A DNA stretch of 64,000 nt from the human T2T-CHM13v2.0 reference genome, Homo sapiens: the NCBI RefSeq assembly GCF_009914755.1, contig NC_060931.1, one strand, 5' to 3'. Positions 39,850-54,488 of the stretch are shown here, piece after piece. Every line of letters begins with the position of its first letter. Within the stretch, counting starts at the first letter, position 1. The notes under the pieces are model-generated. The model was not told where the DNA came from. It did not search any database and saw nothing but the letters and a program-made list of their open reading frames with translations. The position numbers and the translations under genes are program-made.

Positions 39850-42800
39850 ATTTTTTAAATTAAAGAGACAAAAGAGGCAACAAAATGTGACCATTTTCAA
39901 GATAAAAAATTGTCCAAAGAATCAGATCCAAAGATGCAGCTTATAGAGTTAGCAGAGATATGCTATAAAACAATAATCATAAATAAAGGATTAATGGAAA
40001 AGGTGAACAATATGTGTAAGCAGATTAAAAATTTCAACAGATAAATAAAAACCATAAAAATTTCAGGATTAAAATAAGACATGGCAGTTTATATTTGTAT
40101 GTACTTAATAAGAACCTCAAAATATATGAAGCAGATACTGATGGAAGTAAAAAAGAAATATATAAATTTATAACCTGAATTGAAGATTTTAATATCCCTC
40201 TCAGTAAGGAATGAAACAACTCATTAAAAAATAATAGGCTGGGCATAGTGGCTCATGTCTGTAATCCCAGCACTTTGAGGGGGCCAAGGTGAGAGGATGG
40301 CTTGAGGTTACGAGTTTGAGACCAGCCTGGACAACATAGCAAGACCCCACCCCTACAAATAATTTTAAAAAATTATCCAGGCATGGTGGCATGCACCTGT
40401 GGACCCAGCTGCTCAGGAGGCTAAAGCAGGTGGATTTCCTGAAGCCTGGGAGGTAGAGGCTACAGTGAGCCATGACTGCACCACTGCACTCCAGCCTGGG
40501 TGACAGAATGAGACCATGTTTCAAAAAATAAAAAAAATAGTAAAGATATAGAGCTTTTGAACATTGCTATCAACCAACTTAGCCTAACTAACATGAATAG
40601 AATAATGCACACAAACACATGTATTCATAAATATTTATGACAACCAACCACATACTGGGCTCTAAAATAATTTTTAATTAGTTTCAAAGAAATGAAATCA
40701 TAGAAAGTATATTCTCTGATGATAAATGTGAGAAATAAACATTTCTAATACTTTATCTAGAAAAGCCCAGATGCTAGGAAATTATGCAACAAAAAATCCA
40801 CAGGACAAATAAAATATTACAAAGGAAATTAGAAAACATTTTGAGCTGAATTATAATGAAAATCCAATATACAGAAATTTATGACGTGCAGCTAAAGCAG
40901 TGCTAAGAAGAAAACCTATAGTTTTGTATGCTTAGATCATTGATTTTTAACTTTTATCCTTTTCTAATATAAACTTCCATGTTTAGAAGCTAAGGAAAGA
41001 AAAAAATCTTAAACACAAAATAAATATAATAGGGAAAATAATAAATAAAGAGCAGAAATCAATAAAATAAACTCTAGACAAAAAACAGAGAAGATCAACA
41101 AACTCAAATGTTAAAAAAGATTTATAAAATTGATAAATCCCAATGTGAACATATGTAAATAGATGTTAAATATAAAAATATATTTAAATTGTAAAACAAA
41201 ACCTATCAACAAGGATAGTTCGATATAGTTGACTTCCCTAGTGAATTCCATCAAACAATGAAAGAAATATTAGAATTGTTGCCCATTTTTCTTTGAGAAA
41301 AGAGAGTACGAGTTACTTCTAAATATTTTTATAAGGCCAGCACAATCCTGAGGTCAGATATCTGTGACGGACATTACTAGAAAAAAATTACAGATTTAGA
41401 TCCTTTATAAACAGAGGAAGACTTCTTACCAAAAATATTAGCAAATCAACATTATTATTATATGAAGAGTTAACATAATATGAGCACATGAAGGTTATCC
41501 TGAGAATACAAAGCTAATTAAACATTTGAAAATTAATCAGTGTAATTCAAGATGTAAACAAAAAGGAAAATAATCTTATGATGATAATAATTAAATGGCT
41601 GCAGGAAATTCATTTGAAAAAATTCAACATTCAATCTTCTTAAAAACTCCCAGCAAATCAGGAGTAGAAAGAAATTTCCTCAACCAGGTAAAAGGCATCC
41701 ACGCTAAACCTACAGCTAAAATCAAATTTAGTTATAAGATATTTGAATTTCTTTCTCAGATCAGAAACAAGACTTTAACTCTTACCACTTTTAATCAACA
41801 TCATATTGGATATTCTCACCAGTGCAATAAAGCAAGATAAATAAATAGATAAAAGTTACAGACATTGTGAGGGAAAATCAACATTCTATATTTGCAGACA
41901 AATTGACTGTGTTCGCATATTACCTTAAGGAATTTAAAAATCAATTTCTACTATTTTTAGTAAGTTCACTGTATATGTGGTCAGCATATAAAAATCAATA
42001 CATATATACCAGCAATGAACAATTTGATGATAAAATTTAAAAATACCATTTTTTCACAGCATTGAAAACCTTCAATTCAAATACCCTGGAATGCATTTAA
42101 TGAAAGATGTTCAAATATTACATGCTGAAAACCACAAAAATTGCTGAGAAAAATTAAAGGTATCTAAATATTGGAGTAATAGACCATAGATTGAAGGATT
42201 TGATATTGCTAAGAGAGTAATTCTCCCAAAATTGAGACATAGGCTTGATACAATCTACATCAATATTCCAGAAGGCTTTTTGTTTTGGTAGAAATTCGTA
42301 ACATGATTCTAAAATTTTTATGTAAGTGTGAAATATTTCTAAAAATATTATGAAAGTTGGACTTACCTACCTGATTTCAACACTTACTATAAATGTAAAA
42401 TAATAAGGACAGTATTGTGCTGACATAAGGATATATGATACATTAAAGGAACAGGGAGTTCAAAAATATCCCTTTGAGCCAATGCAATTGATGCCATAAG
42501 AAAAACCTTTCAACAAATTGTGTTGGAAACACTCTCTAGTAATATGCAAAAAAGATGAACCTTGGTTCTTACATTGCTCCACATGCAAAAGTTAATACAA
42601 TATGGATTATAAACATGAAATCAATAGCTAGAACTATTAATGTTTAGGAGAAAAACATTAGAAAAAAATCTTTGCAACCTTAGGGTAGGCAAAGATTTCA
42701 GGCAAAAGGTGTGTATCAAAAACGCTACTTAGCATCATAAAAACATATAAAGAAAATGAATAGGCATGCCACAAACTGGGAGAAAATGTTCACATTACAT

Positions 42801-43555
42801 ATCTCTGAACAACACTTGTACCCAGATTACATAAAAACTTTGACAAGTCAATAATTTATAAAACAATGAACCAAAGAAAGAAGGCACAAAAGATTTGAAC
42901 AGTTTACCAAAGAAGATATATGAAAGTCCCATATGGATATCATTAGCCATTTAGAGAAGTGCAAATTAAAACAACCAGTCAGATATTTATACCCAGAAGA
43001 ATGGCTGAAATAAAAATGTCTGACAAAAACAAAAATTGGAAATCTAGAATGAAATAGTACAACCACCTTGAAAAGGGATTTGATAGTTTCTTATAAACAT
43101 ACCTCCATTCTATGACTGAATAATTCTACTCTTAGGTTTTAACCCAATGAAAATGAATTTTTATGTCCACAAAAAGCCTGGTAGCAAGAACAGGAAAGTG
43201 AAGAAACACACTGCAGTATATACAAAGTTTAAAAGGACACATTGCTAAAACATGCTAGAACATGAAACAGTCTTGAGAACATTGAGTTAAGGAAGCCAGG
43301 TACATAGGAATATTTATTTTAAGATTTCATTTATATAAAGTTTATAAAAGGATAAAAATCTATGATGAAATAAACAGGACAGTTGTTTTCTTTGGTGGGT
43401 GAATTTATGGGAAGAGAATCTTTTTGAGATTATGGTAAAGTTCTGCATTTTAATTTTCTTGGTGGTTACACAGATTTATACAATTGCCAAACTCAGTGGA
43501 CAATATATTTAAGATGGGTGTATTTTAATATATGAAAATTATGCCTCAATAAAAC
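39850..43555 (+). mobile_element. Old L1 (L1ME-like): degenerate ORF2 and 3'UTR
   Basis: A-rich strand; ORF 41595-41840 SFEKIQH...NFLNQVKGIHAKPTA resembles L1 RT AFDKIQH...IKAIYEKPTA; ends 'ttatgcctcaataaaa'. Confidence 0.85.
40237..40537 (+). mobile_element. AluJ
   Basis: 'gaggatggcttgagg', 'acaacatagcaagacccc', 'gaggctacagtgagccatga'. Confidence 0.92.
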
Positions 43556-44489
43556 AGAATGAAGCAATTATGAAAATGATGGAATTTTCAACAAGAAATG
43601 TTAGTACAGTCTTTATAAGCACATGCCGTTTAATAATGATCTATGAATAGTGCTTTACTAAGCAGTTTCATGTTAATGTTCCAACTTAATTTTCACAATA
43701 AATGTATCACATTATGATGTTATTCCCAAACTGAGAGGATAAATGGCCTACTCTAGGCTTTAGATAACTAGTGTGTGGCAAAATCAAGACTGAAACTCAA
43801 GTCTATCACCTCTTAGTTTAATGCTTTCCCAAGAAACAACAGTTGCTTTGTTGTTACATAATTCTTATCTCCAAAAACTGCTGCTGTGGGTAACTTGCTG
43901 CTGAGATCTCTGATTTACCTATAAATGACAGATTTTAACATATGATTATATTTTTATTTCAATTCATGCAATTGGAATTCTGACCTAGATCAGATTCACT
44001 CAATAATCCAAGTTAAAATATTTTCTTTGCCTTCATCGATGGGCGTTTGGGGCACCATCAGACCCCACACCCTTCCCCTATCCCAGGGTCTGGAGCAGGT
44101 GCTTCAATATGCACCGAGGGCACCACAAGCTTCCCAGGATCATAATGCCCATCACATCAAACAGTACTTTCCTATTTATATGTCTGCCTCTATCCATCAT
44201 TAGTCTCAGAGCTTTTCTGCTTGTGGGTAGAGAAGAAGTGATTTCTTATTCATCTGGTATGCCAGTGCTTATTATAGTGTCTGGGATTCAAGAATCCGTC
44301 AATAAATATTTACTGAATGACTGAACAAATAGGGCAAATGCCTCAGGAGAGACAGTCATCTTCTGGTCTGCCATATCTCACCAAAACCACAGCGAATCAT
44401 TGATTAATAAATTGTCTGGAAATAGTGCTCTCTTATGATGAACTTGATAATATTTTCATTGTAATATTTTTGTTGTGCTATCAAGTGCA

Positions 44490-44770
44490 GCTTGTTCAAC
44501 TTTGATGTCACATCTTCTGAAAAGCTTTTCCTGAGAGCTGTCCTTCCCAACCACTCCCAGTTAGACTTAGATAGTACTCCTCTGTGTGCTAATGGTACCC
44601 TGCATTCATCTATCATTGACCTTATCATACTGAATAGAACTTGTTTGCTTATCTGTCACTATATTGTATAGGGCAGAGATTTTATCTGTTTTGCTTGTTG
44701 TACAATCTCTAGCACTTTGGAGAGTTATTGTCACATTGTAGTTGCTCAGTAAAGATTGTTGAATGAATAA
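44490..44770 (+). mobile_element. L2 3' end
   Basis: 'gtcacatcttctgaaaagcttttcctga...gggcagagattttatctgttttg...tgctcagtaaagattgttgaatgaat'. Confidence 0.7.
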
Positions 44771-45613
44771 GGCTTTTTTTTTGTTGATTATCCAATACAT
44801 GTACAGCTCTGCAAACATAAAGCATGCATACCCACACATATATTCAAACATCCATCTTTTTTATTGATTGTAATTTTTGTGTTTTATTTAATAATTCCCT
44901 CTTTATTTCAAAGAATTAATTGTCCTACATTTTTCTTCTAAGGTTTTAGGGTTTCCTTTTTACATATTGATACTTAGTTCATCAATAAATGATTGTTATT
45001 TATGGTGTGACATGGTATCAATTTTTTCCATATGCATAATTTCCTCAGCACTATTTGTTGAGTAGTTTAGCATTTCCTCTCCAATTTGTAATGCCATTTA
45101 TCAATGTTCTGTATGCTAATAGATCTTTTCTACTATCTATGATGGCATTAAAACCATTGTGTTTTAATTACTACAGTTTTATAATAAATCTTTATACCTG
45201 GTCATACTTTTTTTGTTCAATTTCTTCTCTCTTGATTTTATTGCTAGATGTTTCAAAAAAAGCATATTTTTTGGTTTTGTTAAAGCTCATTTGTTTCTTT
45301 CTTTCTAAATTTTATTAGTTCATTATCCATATGTCTGCTCTATTTTTAAAGCTTATTCTGACATGGTTTTGTCTTCTTGAGAAACTTATTTTCAATATTT
45401 CTCTTTTGTTAATACACAAATTTCACTTTTTTGCCTTACTTTAGATGGCTATGATGTGGTACACTTCTTGTTATTCAGTTCTAAATGTCTCATAGTTTTC
45501 TATGTGAATAACTTATTAATTCATGAGTTATTTAGGATGGTCCATTTTTAAGTCTATGTTTGTTGCTGATTTCTAATTACTGGAAGTTTTGCCCTGAGAA
45601 TCTGATCTGAATG

Positions 45614-46108
45614 TGTATTAGTTACAGTCCTAACAGGAAACAGATGCCACATTCCAATGGGGGTAATTAAGGAAAGTTTAATGAAGGGGCTACTTACAAA
45701 TGTGTCAACAGGGTTACAGGAAACCAAGAAGGGATAGTTGAAGCACTCCTAACCTACCAATGGTTGGGAGTCATTACCACTTTTAGGACTGAAGGGCTAA
45801 AGGGGAGGAAAGTTGACCAGAACTCAGAGATAGTAGCTGTTGTGGTGGGAAAGAGGTATGACATTGGAAGGGAAACTTATTTAACCTTTGGCAACCCATC
45901 ATGGAAGAATCCAGAGAATAGTTACTTGATTTCACCCTCTCCCCCAAGCCAATCTCCTGCCGACAATTCCCATGAATCTAAATCAACAAGAAGATGGCTG
46001 GCAAGTGAGCCATGAGGAAGTCCATCAACTTCAGCCTCTTTGGGTACAAAGCAGATTAAAGAAAGCCAGAGGATGGATTTGGATGGTATTTTGAAAGCGT
46101 CCAGAACA
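45614..46108 (-). mobile_element. LTR33-like ERVL LTR (3' LTR of the adjacent internal region)
   Basis: 'tgtattagttacagtcctaacaggaaacagatgccaca...gaaagtttaatgaaggggctacttacaaa'; ends 'ccagaaca'. Confidence 0.7.
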
Positions 46109-49100
46109 GTTCATTCCTATTGTCGCCTAAAAATCTCTCTTGTCCATCTTTTGTTCAAATTAAAAAAAAGTGTTCTCAACACAGGAGACAAGAAAGCCTC
46201 ATAAGCTGCCTTGTGTATGGAGTGCTGTCAGTACCCAAAACTTCAAATATTAGCCACAACAGTCTTCTCCGGATAGTGGGGGGTAGCTAGGGAGAAAATG
46301 AGTGATGAACTAGCATACAGCAGAGCAACATACATCCCTGATTCCGTAGTTGGTCATGATGCCCGAGTTGATCATTACAATGGCCAGTTTCCAGGATTCT
46401 TTTCATTTTCCCTTTGTGCTTTTACAGCAGCTTAGCTGGATTGGGTTCTTATCCTAGGGGTTATTTCAAACTTTCATTAACGGATTATCCACATTTTTGG
46501 TGTTCCCATTTGTATTGCGTTGTTGCAGTTTTCCATTGACCTGAGCTATTGGGTAAGGGAGTTACAAGTCACCCAGTGACTCTCCTGAGTTCAGACCTAG
46601 TCCTCCTGGCCCCTGTTGGGTGGTAATGGCTTGGCTTGGCAGTCCTTTTATCTAGGCTTGGTAATCCTTCTAGTCCACAACATCTAGAGTTTCTCTTATC
46701 ATCAAGGTTATATTGCTCAGATTCCACTTCTTCATAATTATTTCTCCCTTGACACTAGGACCAACTCACCCCCAAAGGCAAGCAACAGTATCTTGAGGAG
46801 TTTACTCATGGTAATAATAAAAGAGTCCATCCCATTTTTATCAAACATCTGCTTCTCGGTGTTGAGATACACGGAATAAGATCAGTGGGTCCCATGGGCA
46901 GAAGCCTCTTGCTGCACTTCCTTTGGTGTAATAAGGATGCCTTATTAGAGGTGAAATTTTGTGAATTACATTGCCATGAAGAAGACATTTGCTAATTTCA
47001 CCAATGATGATGGTATAGGTATGTCATGGGTAGCAAAGGCAAATCCATGTCTGGAGTTGGGGCCTCTCCCTGGGATGGCACACAGCAGCACCTGCCACGA
47101 TGGAGAAAGGCTGGAGTAATTAGCCTGCCCCCAGGCGCTTTCTTGTTCTGTGGAAAATGGTGCCAAATCCTAGGCTCAGTGCTGGCCTCTGCTCTTAGAA
47201 GATTGGGCAGTTCATGGGGCAGGCAGGGTGGAGAGAACCCCCCATTTCTGTGTATATGCATGCTATTCAATGCTGTCATCACAACTGCTTTGTGTCCTTT
47301 AGACCAGCAGTCTCCAACCTTCTTGGAACCAGGGACCGATTTCACGGAAGACACTTTTTCCATGGACCAGGGGAATGGGGGGATGGTTTGGGATGATTCA
47401 AGTGCATTACATTTATTGTGCACTTCATTTCTATTATTATCACATTGTACTATGTAATAAAGTAACTATACTACTCAACATAATGCAGAATCAGTGGGAG
47501 CCCTGAGCTTGTTTTCCTGCAACTAGATGGTCCCATCTGGGAGCGATGGGAGACAGTGACAGATCATCAGGCATTAGATTCTCATAAGGAGCATGCCACC
47601 TACACCTTGCATACACCCTTGCATACACCGTTCACAACAGGGTTCGCACTCCTATGAGAATCTAATGCCACTTCTGACCTGACAGCAGGTAGAGCTCAGG
47701 CAGTAATGTGAACAATGGGGAGCAGCTATAAATACAGATGAAGCTTTGCTCACTTGCCCGCCGTTCACCTCCTGCTATGTGACCTGGTTCCTAATAGGCC
47801 ACAAACCAGTACTGGTCCATGGCCTGGGGGTTGGGGACCCCTGCTTTAGACCAATGCACAGGTGCTGGAGGAGACACTAATATTTGTAACATGGGTTATC
47901 TTTTCCACTTGATTATTGGAAGCCTACATCTCATTGGATGGTCTCTGGGTATGTGGGGGGCAGTTGTGGGGGAAACAAGTATCTTCGTAACTGTGACAAC
48001 TCCAAGAGCTAGTTATCTATATACTTTTTTTTTCAGACTACTTTGACGTCCATCTTCCAAACTTGTTATTTTTAAGTTTTTGAGCAGTGGTCCAATATGA
48101 TAGCCTGTGCTATCAGATCATTCTGGGTAACTCAGGCCATCTCTCATTCCACAGAAATCCACAATCTGATTTATTTCCTGGACTCTGCTCCCTGGAAGGA
48201 TTTTTCTCTACTACTGTCTTTTAGAGTTATCCCTGTGTGGAGCTACAATACACTTTTGGCTGGTTATATGTGTATTATGCAAAGCCATCTGTAATCAGTA
48301 CTATACTTTTGTTAACTTTTCATAAGAAACCCCTATGAGGCCACAGACATATGTTAAGGACAAAGTATAGACACAGCGACAGGCATTGGTACCGGATGAG
48401 TGAACTACCCAGCGACTTGTGTAATTTACTTGTGCCTGTTCTAATACAGACTGTTACCAATGTGTATGTGAATACTACAATTTATATCTGATTGTATGAC
48501 TGGGTAGATCAGAAAAAACACCGCTGTTGGGCAGTTTAAATTGCACAGTCACTTGGTATCTTATGGTCAAAGTTTCTGCCAGGGTCAAGGGGAGGCCAGG
48601 ACCTGCTTATCAAATGGAGGATAGTTGCTGGCAGAAGAGGGCACAGCTTCATTCCAGAACCCAGGGGATCTATGCAGTGATGTGTCAACGTCTCTATAGA
48701 ATATCTTATCCGTCTTACACACAGGAAATGCTATTGTATGTGTTGAAGCACAAGCCCTAAGGAACAAGACAGCTTGAACTACTTCCTGAACCTTCTTTCT
48801 CTTTATTCCCTCCACTTTCCACACTGGCAATCTTGGAGGTTAGCCAATAATTATAATATAGAAGCATGCTGAAATATCCTGTATGTGTCCTTCAAAATGC
48901 ATAGTCTATCAAGGGTTATGTACTTTTTTGACATCAATGCTACAAAGTGTTACAACATATCTCTCACTTCAGAGGAGATATTCTAATATATCTGAGACCA
49001 CTGGCTCTCTGGAAAACTTTATCACTGTGGCAGACTCCCAAATATTAGTGAACTTTATCTGTCACCTTCTTTGACACCTGCTCCTTCCTCTTATCAGATT

Positions 49101-49790
49101 CATTTAGCAAAATATTATTGACATACTGGGATGCCTGTGGGATGTTAAGATATTCCAGTTCTCTCTTATTTGTCTTATGATCAAAACAAGAGAGTTAGTA
49201 TAACCATGAGATGAGATCGTGAAGGTGTACTGATGCTCCTGCCACATGAGGGCGAACGGTTTCCGAGAATCTTTCCTGATAAAAGTGCAGAAACATTATA
49301 CACCAAGTCCACAGCTGCATCCGGGGTGGCAGGGCCATGCTGATTTGTTTCAGTAAAGATGCCACACATGGAGCCACAGCTACATAGATATCACCACCTA
49401 ATTATGTGTGCAGTAACCCCAAGTAATCTTGGGGAATAACTACAGTCATTCCCCAAGGTTCAGCTGGTCTTTGCATCATATAAACAGGTAAGGCGGATGG
49501 GCATGTGCAATTATTCTTACCCTACAGGTTGTGCTAGCATTGATCCCTAAAGTGCCCCCAGACATGCAGTATTGCTTTTGCTTTATTATTTTGGCGGAGA
49601 CGATGTGGTTCTAGGGGCTGTCGCTTGGCTTTTTCTACCATGATAGTCTTCACTCCACAGTTCAATGTAGGGATCCCACCAGTTATTAAACATAACCTAC
49701 TTTCAATACATGTTCTGGGGCTGGGGAAATAAACACAAATTGTGCCTATTATTCCACGGGGCTCACTGTAATATAGAGTCAAGCTGAGAA
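46109..49790 (-). pseudogene. Degenerate ERVL internal region (pro/RT/integrase remnants)
   Basis: Minus-strand peptides LNCGVKTIMVEKAKRQPLE (cf. HERV-L LTCGVRAIMVGKAKWKPLE), AAVDL (RT AAIDL), and QANYSSLSPSWQ...GFAFA (integrase WQVDYIGPLPSW...GFAFP). Confidence 0.8.
47305..47843 (-). mobile_element. MER1A (hAT-Charlie non-autonomous DNA transposon)
   Basis: TIRs cagcagtctccaacc / ggttggggacccctg; perfect 8-bp TSD CTTTAGAC. Confidence 0.95.
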
Positions 49791-50968
49791 GATCTGTGGC
49801 CTGGCTTCCAGAAGCCCGCCTGTGGGGACATTATTTTTAGCTTATCTGAGAATTAGCATTAGTTTACAGCCAGAGTCTGAAAACCTTCAGAAGACTCTCT
49901 GTCTTTTCTTTTGGTCTCTAAACAGCCATTCCCACAAAATGGTTTCAAATTCCGTTTGTAAGTCTTGTGGTGGTGATGGTGGCTGGTGGGGGGCGGGGGT
50001 GGATTCCCAGTATATTCCTTTGACCACAAACATATATGAGACCAAGAGAGGCAACCGAGAGCTACCGGAGTGCATGTGGCTTAACCCAACATCTCAGCTA
50101 TCAGCGTTCTCAGCCCTGCGCCTTTACTAGCCCAGAAAAGGGGTCTGACATTTCGGGGTGGGGGTGGCTCCTTCTCCTCCCTGCACTGAAAAAAGAATCT
50201 GCCAGCCCCATGCAGGTGCTTTGGACATTTATGAGAACAGGTGGACAAGGAGAGAGATGAACAGGACTACAGCAAGAAGAAGAAGGAAAGAACATAGGGA
50301 GAGGAGATATGTTCAGAATAAAGAAGCGAGAAGAAGAAAGGATGGGGCAGGTAGAGACCTAGAGGAGGCAGGGAAGAAGTAGGAAGAACGGGTGTTGTTA
50401 TTTCGCTTGTTTTAAAAGGTAGGAGAGGAATGAAAGGGAACAGTTTCTCGGGGGAAAAGATAAGGGCTAATTTTGGAGCAGGTAAAAGTGGACGTGAGAC
50501 ATGTTGCTAGGTAGTAAATGTTAGACTGTCTCTAATAACCTTTGAGGCTTGCCAGTAAAAAGTGAAATTCCGTTTTAATTATTTTTTCTCCTGTTTCCAC
50601 AATACTTTTAAAATTATCTGTGCTGGAGCCCTTGTGGTGTGAATCAAATGGATTACGGCTTCAATAGGGATCCATAAGCTCCTGACCCTAGACTCTCCTG
50701 AAGACAAGGTCTGTGCTGCGGGGAGGGGTCGGAGGCAATCACCTCCTGGGGGATGGGCAGCTCAGCGTCACCAAGTGAAAGTTAGGATCAGAAAAAGGAT
50801 GCTGCATTCCAGGGCCAAACGCTGCAGATGTCTCTGTTATGCTCTTGTTTTTTCTTCCTTCCACTTTTACTTGCCAAAAAACGGGGAGTAATATCTTTTT
50901 TCCCTTTTTCTGGGTTGATAACAGAGAGACTGGCAAGGACAGGCTCGCCCTTCTGTAGAGCCTCGCAT

Positions 50969-50987
50969 TGGCCACCAGGAGGCAGTG
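50969..50987 (+). promoter_or_regulatory. CTCF binding motif
   Basis: TGGCCACCAGGAGGCAGTG closely matches the CTCF core CCASYAGRKGGCRS. Confidence 0.6.
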
Positions 50988-52689
50988 TTGTCTGCCTCTC
51001 GAACTTGGCTGCCCAAGGTGAGAAGGTCTCGCTGTGGGAACTGGAAGGGAAGCCTGGGATTCCAGATTATTTTCAAAAAAAGGGGAAGAAAAGGGCCAGG
51101 GAACTAGGATCCGAGGTAAGCCCCTGTGGGAAGTGTGAAGACAGAGCAAGACAAAGACAAATGAAATAAGGGGTTTCTTGAAGAGTTCTGATGTACAGGT
51201 TACCTCCAACACTAGTGAATTCCCATGTCCACTAGAATTTTAGCAGAGACCACATGATCCCCTGTCAGGCGGGCATAGGAGGAAATCTACCTCAACAGGC
51301 TGATTTACCAGAAAACATCTGACGTTCAATGGCTTTGTCGAATGAGTTCCATCAGGAACTCATGAGGGCCACTGCCTCTTCATCTTTCTTCCAGCACCCG
51401 GTGTGTGTCCAGCTTCCAAGAAGGTTTGTCAAGTGAATGATTTAATAAAGCTTCTGACCCTTGTGGAGATGGTATATTTGAAGGCACAGAGCCCAGGTCT
51501 TCGTATCAGTCCTGCAACCTTAGCTGGGTGTCCTTGAGAAATAATTTCTTCTGTCTGAGCCTCACCTCTCTGTGCATAATATCATGCGCAGATATAAAAT
51601 CTAATTCTCCTGAATGCTAGGCTGCAGTTATGGATATGTTTTTGAAGGGATAAAATGGTTATAAATAAGAAACACGGTTTATTCTTTTGCTGTTTTAGAC
51701 TTCTTAGGGTCAAGTAAATTTCATACGTGGAGGTTCTTAGAGACTTGCCTAAGGAACTCCAAGGGGTCGGGTGGGGAATGGGTTAAAATAACAGTTGTCT
51801 GAGCAAGGGACACAAAACAGCTAGAGAGCCCGTCAACTAGACTTATGCCCTGGACAGCTGCCTTCATGGTTCAAGAGGAGACTCTCCTGCTGACCTGTCA
51901 GAAGGACAGTAATATGGGTGGCTGCTTTGCTGTTGAACCTCCCAAATTCTCCCTGACAGGCCTCAGACCATTGCAACGCTGGATTGTAAGAATCTTGGAG
52001 GCAGATCTTATGTTTCATCCAGCCAGCAGCTCTTGCTCAATCTACTCTGCAAATTCCTCGTACACTTGACTAAGATTTTCCAGAGATGTGTCCTCTGGGT
52101 GAAGACACCCTGGCAACCTCTCCATACACAATAAAATTTATGTGTTTGCATCACCAAACATGAATCTTATATTTTTATTTAATCTTCATCTGTTCTTTCT
52201 CTAGCGGCCACTGATCGAGTCACTCCATCCAAGTCAGAAGCACCGCCAAACGCACCTCGAACTTTTGGACTCCGCTTCATTTTCTACTCTACTGTGACTA
52301 TTTCAATAACTTCATATCTTCATTTTATGGTGGGGGGGAGGTGTCTGGAATGTTGGAATTGCTTATAAGCCATTTTATTACCCTCTATTATGACTTTCCG
52401 AACTCCTCCAAAGTCCTGTGAGCTCACTGAAATATCTTGGTATGCCCAATGCCTTTCATCATGTGATACCTAGAGCACTCAAATAAACATTTTTGAAATA
52501 ATTTGATATAGGAATGGCCTATAAGCTCTGCAGCCAAGGATAGGATCACCACCCATGAAAACCAGCTCAGTCAGGGATGCTTGCAGTTTTGTTTTCTGAG
52601 AGACTCATGCAAATGCCTACTTTAAGGAACATAGATATTTTTATGAGCACATGCTTCCATGAAATCACCTATTAATACATGTAAAATTT

Positions 52690-52870
52690 TAATGAACGTT
52701 AATCTCAGCCCTGTAGGTAGGCAGAGCAAATAGTACTTTTCTAAGGGTTTAGTTGCAAGATGAGAAAATTGAGCCGTAGAGGGGTTAAGTGATGGCTAGG
52801 GTCACGTGGCTAATACATGATTGTGTTGTGCAGAAATTGCATCTCTCAGCTTTGACGACGTTGCCCTTTG
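52690..52870 (-). mobile_element. MIR SINE
   Basis: 'agatgagaaaattgagccgtagaggggttaagtga...agggtcacgtggctaa'. Confidence 0.65.
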
Positions 52871-53984
52871 TCCATCGTGCCTCATGTCTCATGGCTTGTG
52901 GAGTGAGAGACTGGTGGATACAGGCTCATAGAGGTTTATAATGTGTGTCTCTGATATCTGCCCCAATAATTGGGCAGAATGCTTTGAATGTGAGCTTAAG
53001 GAAGACAAGTGCTAACTGGTAAAGTTAAGTGGTTTAAAATGCATTTTGAGATATTTCACCCAGACGTGAATTACTGACAGGTGAATACAATGAATATGGA
53101 GAAACCTCTTCTCTGCCAATGAATAACATTTTGCTTTTGGGCAAGTAGGTAAATGCAAGGAGACTGTCTTTCCCAGCTACACTTAAAAAGTTTAGCACAG
53201 GAAAAATTGAGCAATGTCCTGGCACACTCAATATTTATTTGTAAGCCTGCTCTGGGCAGAAAAAGAAAAAAATAGTTTGAAAGCAAGCTTTGCATTAGCT
53301 AGGAGTTTATTTGTTTGCCAGATGATTACATAATTATATTTGCAAAGGAACATATTGGTATGTCTTACTATTTTCTTGTTGATATATTGATGTAAAGTAT
53401 ATTAGACAAATTAGAAAGGAGAAGGGTAAAAATCTGCCTCGTTGTGTACATGTGTGGGCTGCAGAAGATTAGAATACAACTTGCAGAATGTGTTTGCCCA
53501 TCCATTATGATCATGATTGCACTCTTCATTCTTCTATTGTGGTAGAATGATTTTTTTTTTCCTGTTTCTTCTCTCCAGCGAGGCTGGCAGCTAGGCCAGC
53601 AGGGAACACAGAGCTTTGCACAGAGTAGATGCTCAGTAACTGTTGCATGAATTTTTCTTATTAAAATGCTTGCAACATCATCTTTATTAAATTTAACTTC
53701 TGTGCATGTAAAGAAGCAGATAATGTTGCATCTGTCCACAGTCTGCTGGTGGGTGATGGGAGAGGCACTGGGGAGTCCCATTCATAGAAAGCTAGTACTG
53801 CCTGATTCTGTTAGTTCTTGGGTCTAATGATGAGCTAAGGTCGAACTTGCGTGAGGAGGAGAGTGGTTTTGGTCATATTAATCAAAAGACAGAATTCTGG
53901 GGAAGTCAACACTGGCAGTCTGGGAAATGAACTCAGAATGTCTGATAAACAATGTGTCTTATTTAGACCTGGGAGTGTCCCTGA

Positions 53985-54150
53985 TTGTGTGTTCATTTTT
54001 TCCTTCACTGAATGAATAGTTTTTAAACTCCTTTTATGTGCCCGGCACTGTTCTAGGTGTAGAAATACAGCTGGGAACAAAAGAAACAAAAATCTGTGCC
54101 CTGTGGGGCTTACATTCTACTGGAGAAAATGGAAAATAAACAATACCAGG
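53985..54150 (-). mobile_element. L2 3' end
   Basis: 'tatgtgcccggcactgttctaggtg...aaaatctgtgccctgtggggcttacattcta'. Confidence 0.75.
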
Positions 54151-54198
54151 AGCGTGTGACATCATAAGAGTGGAGACTGTATGGACTGTATAAAGATT

Positions 54199-54488
<290 letters not shown>

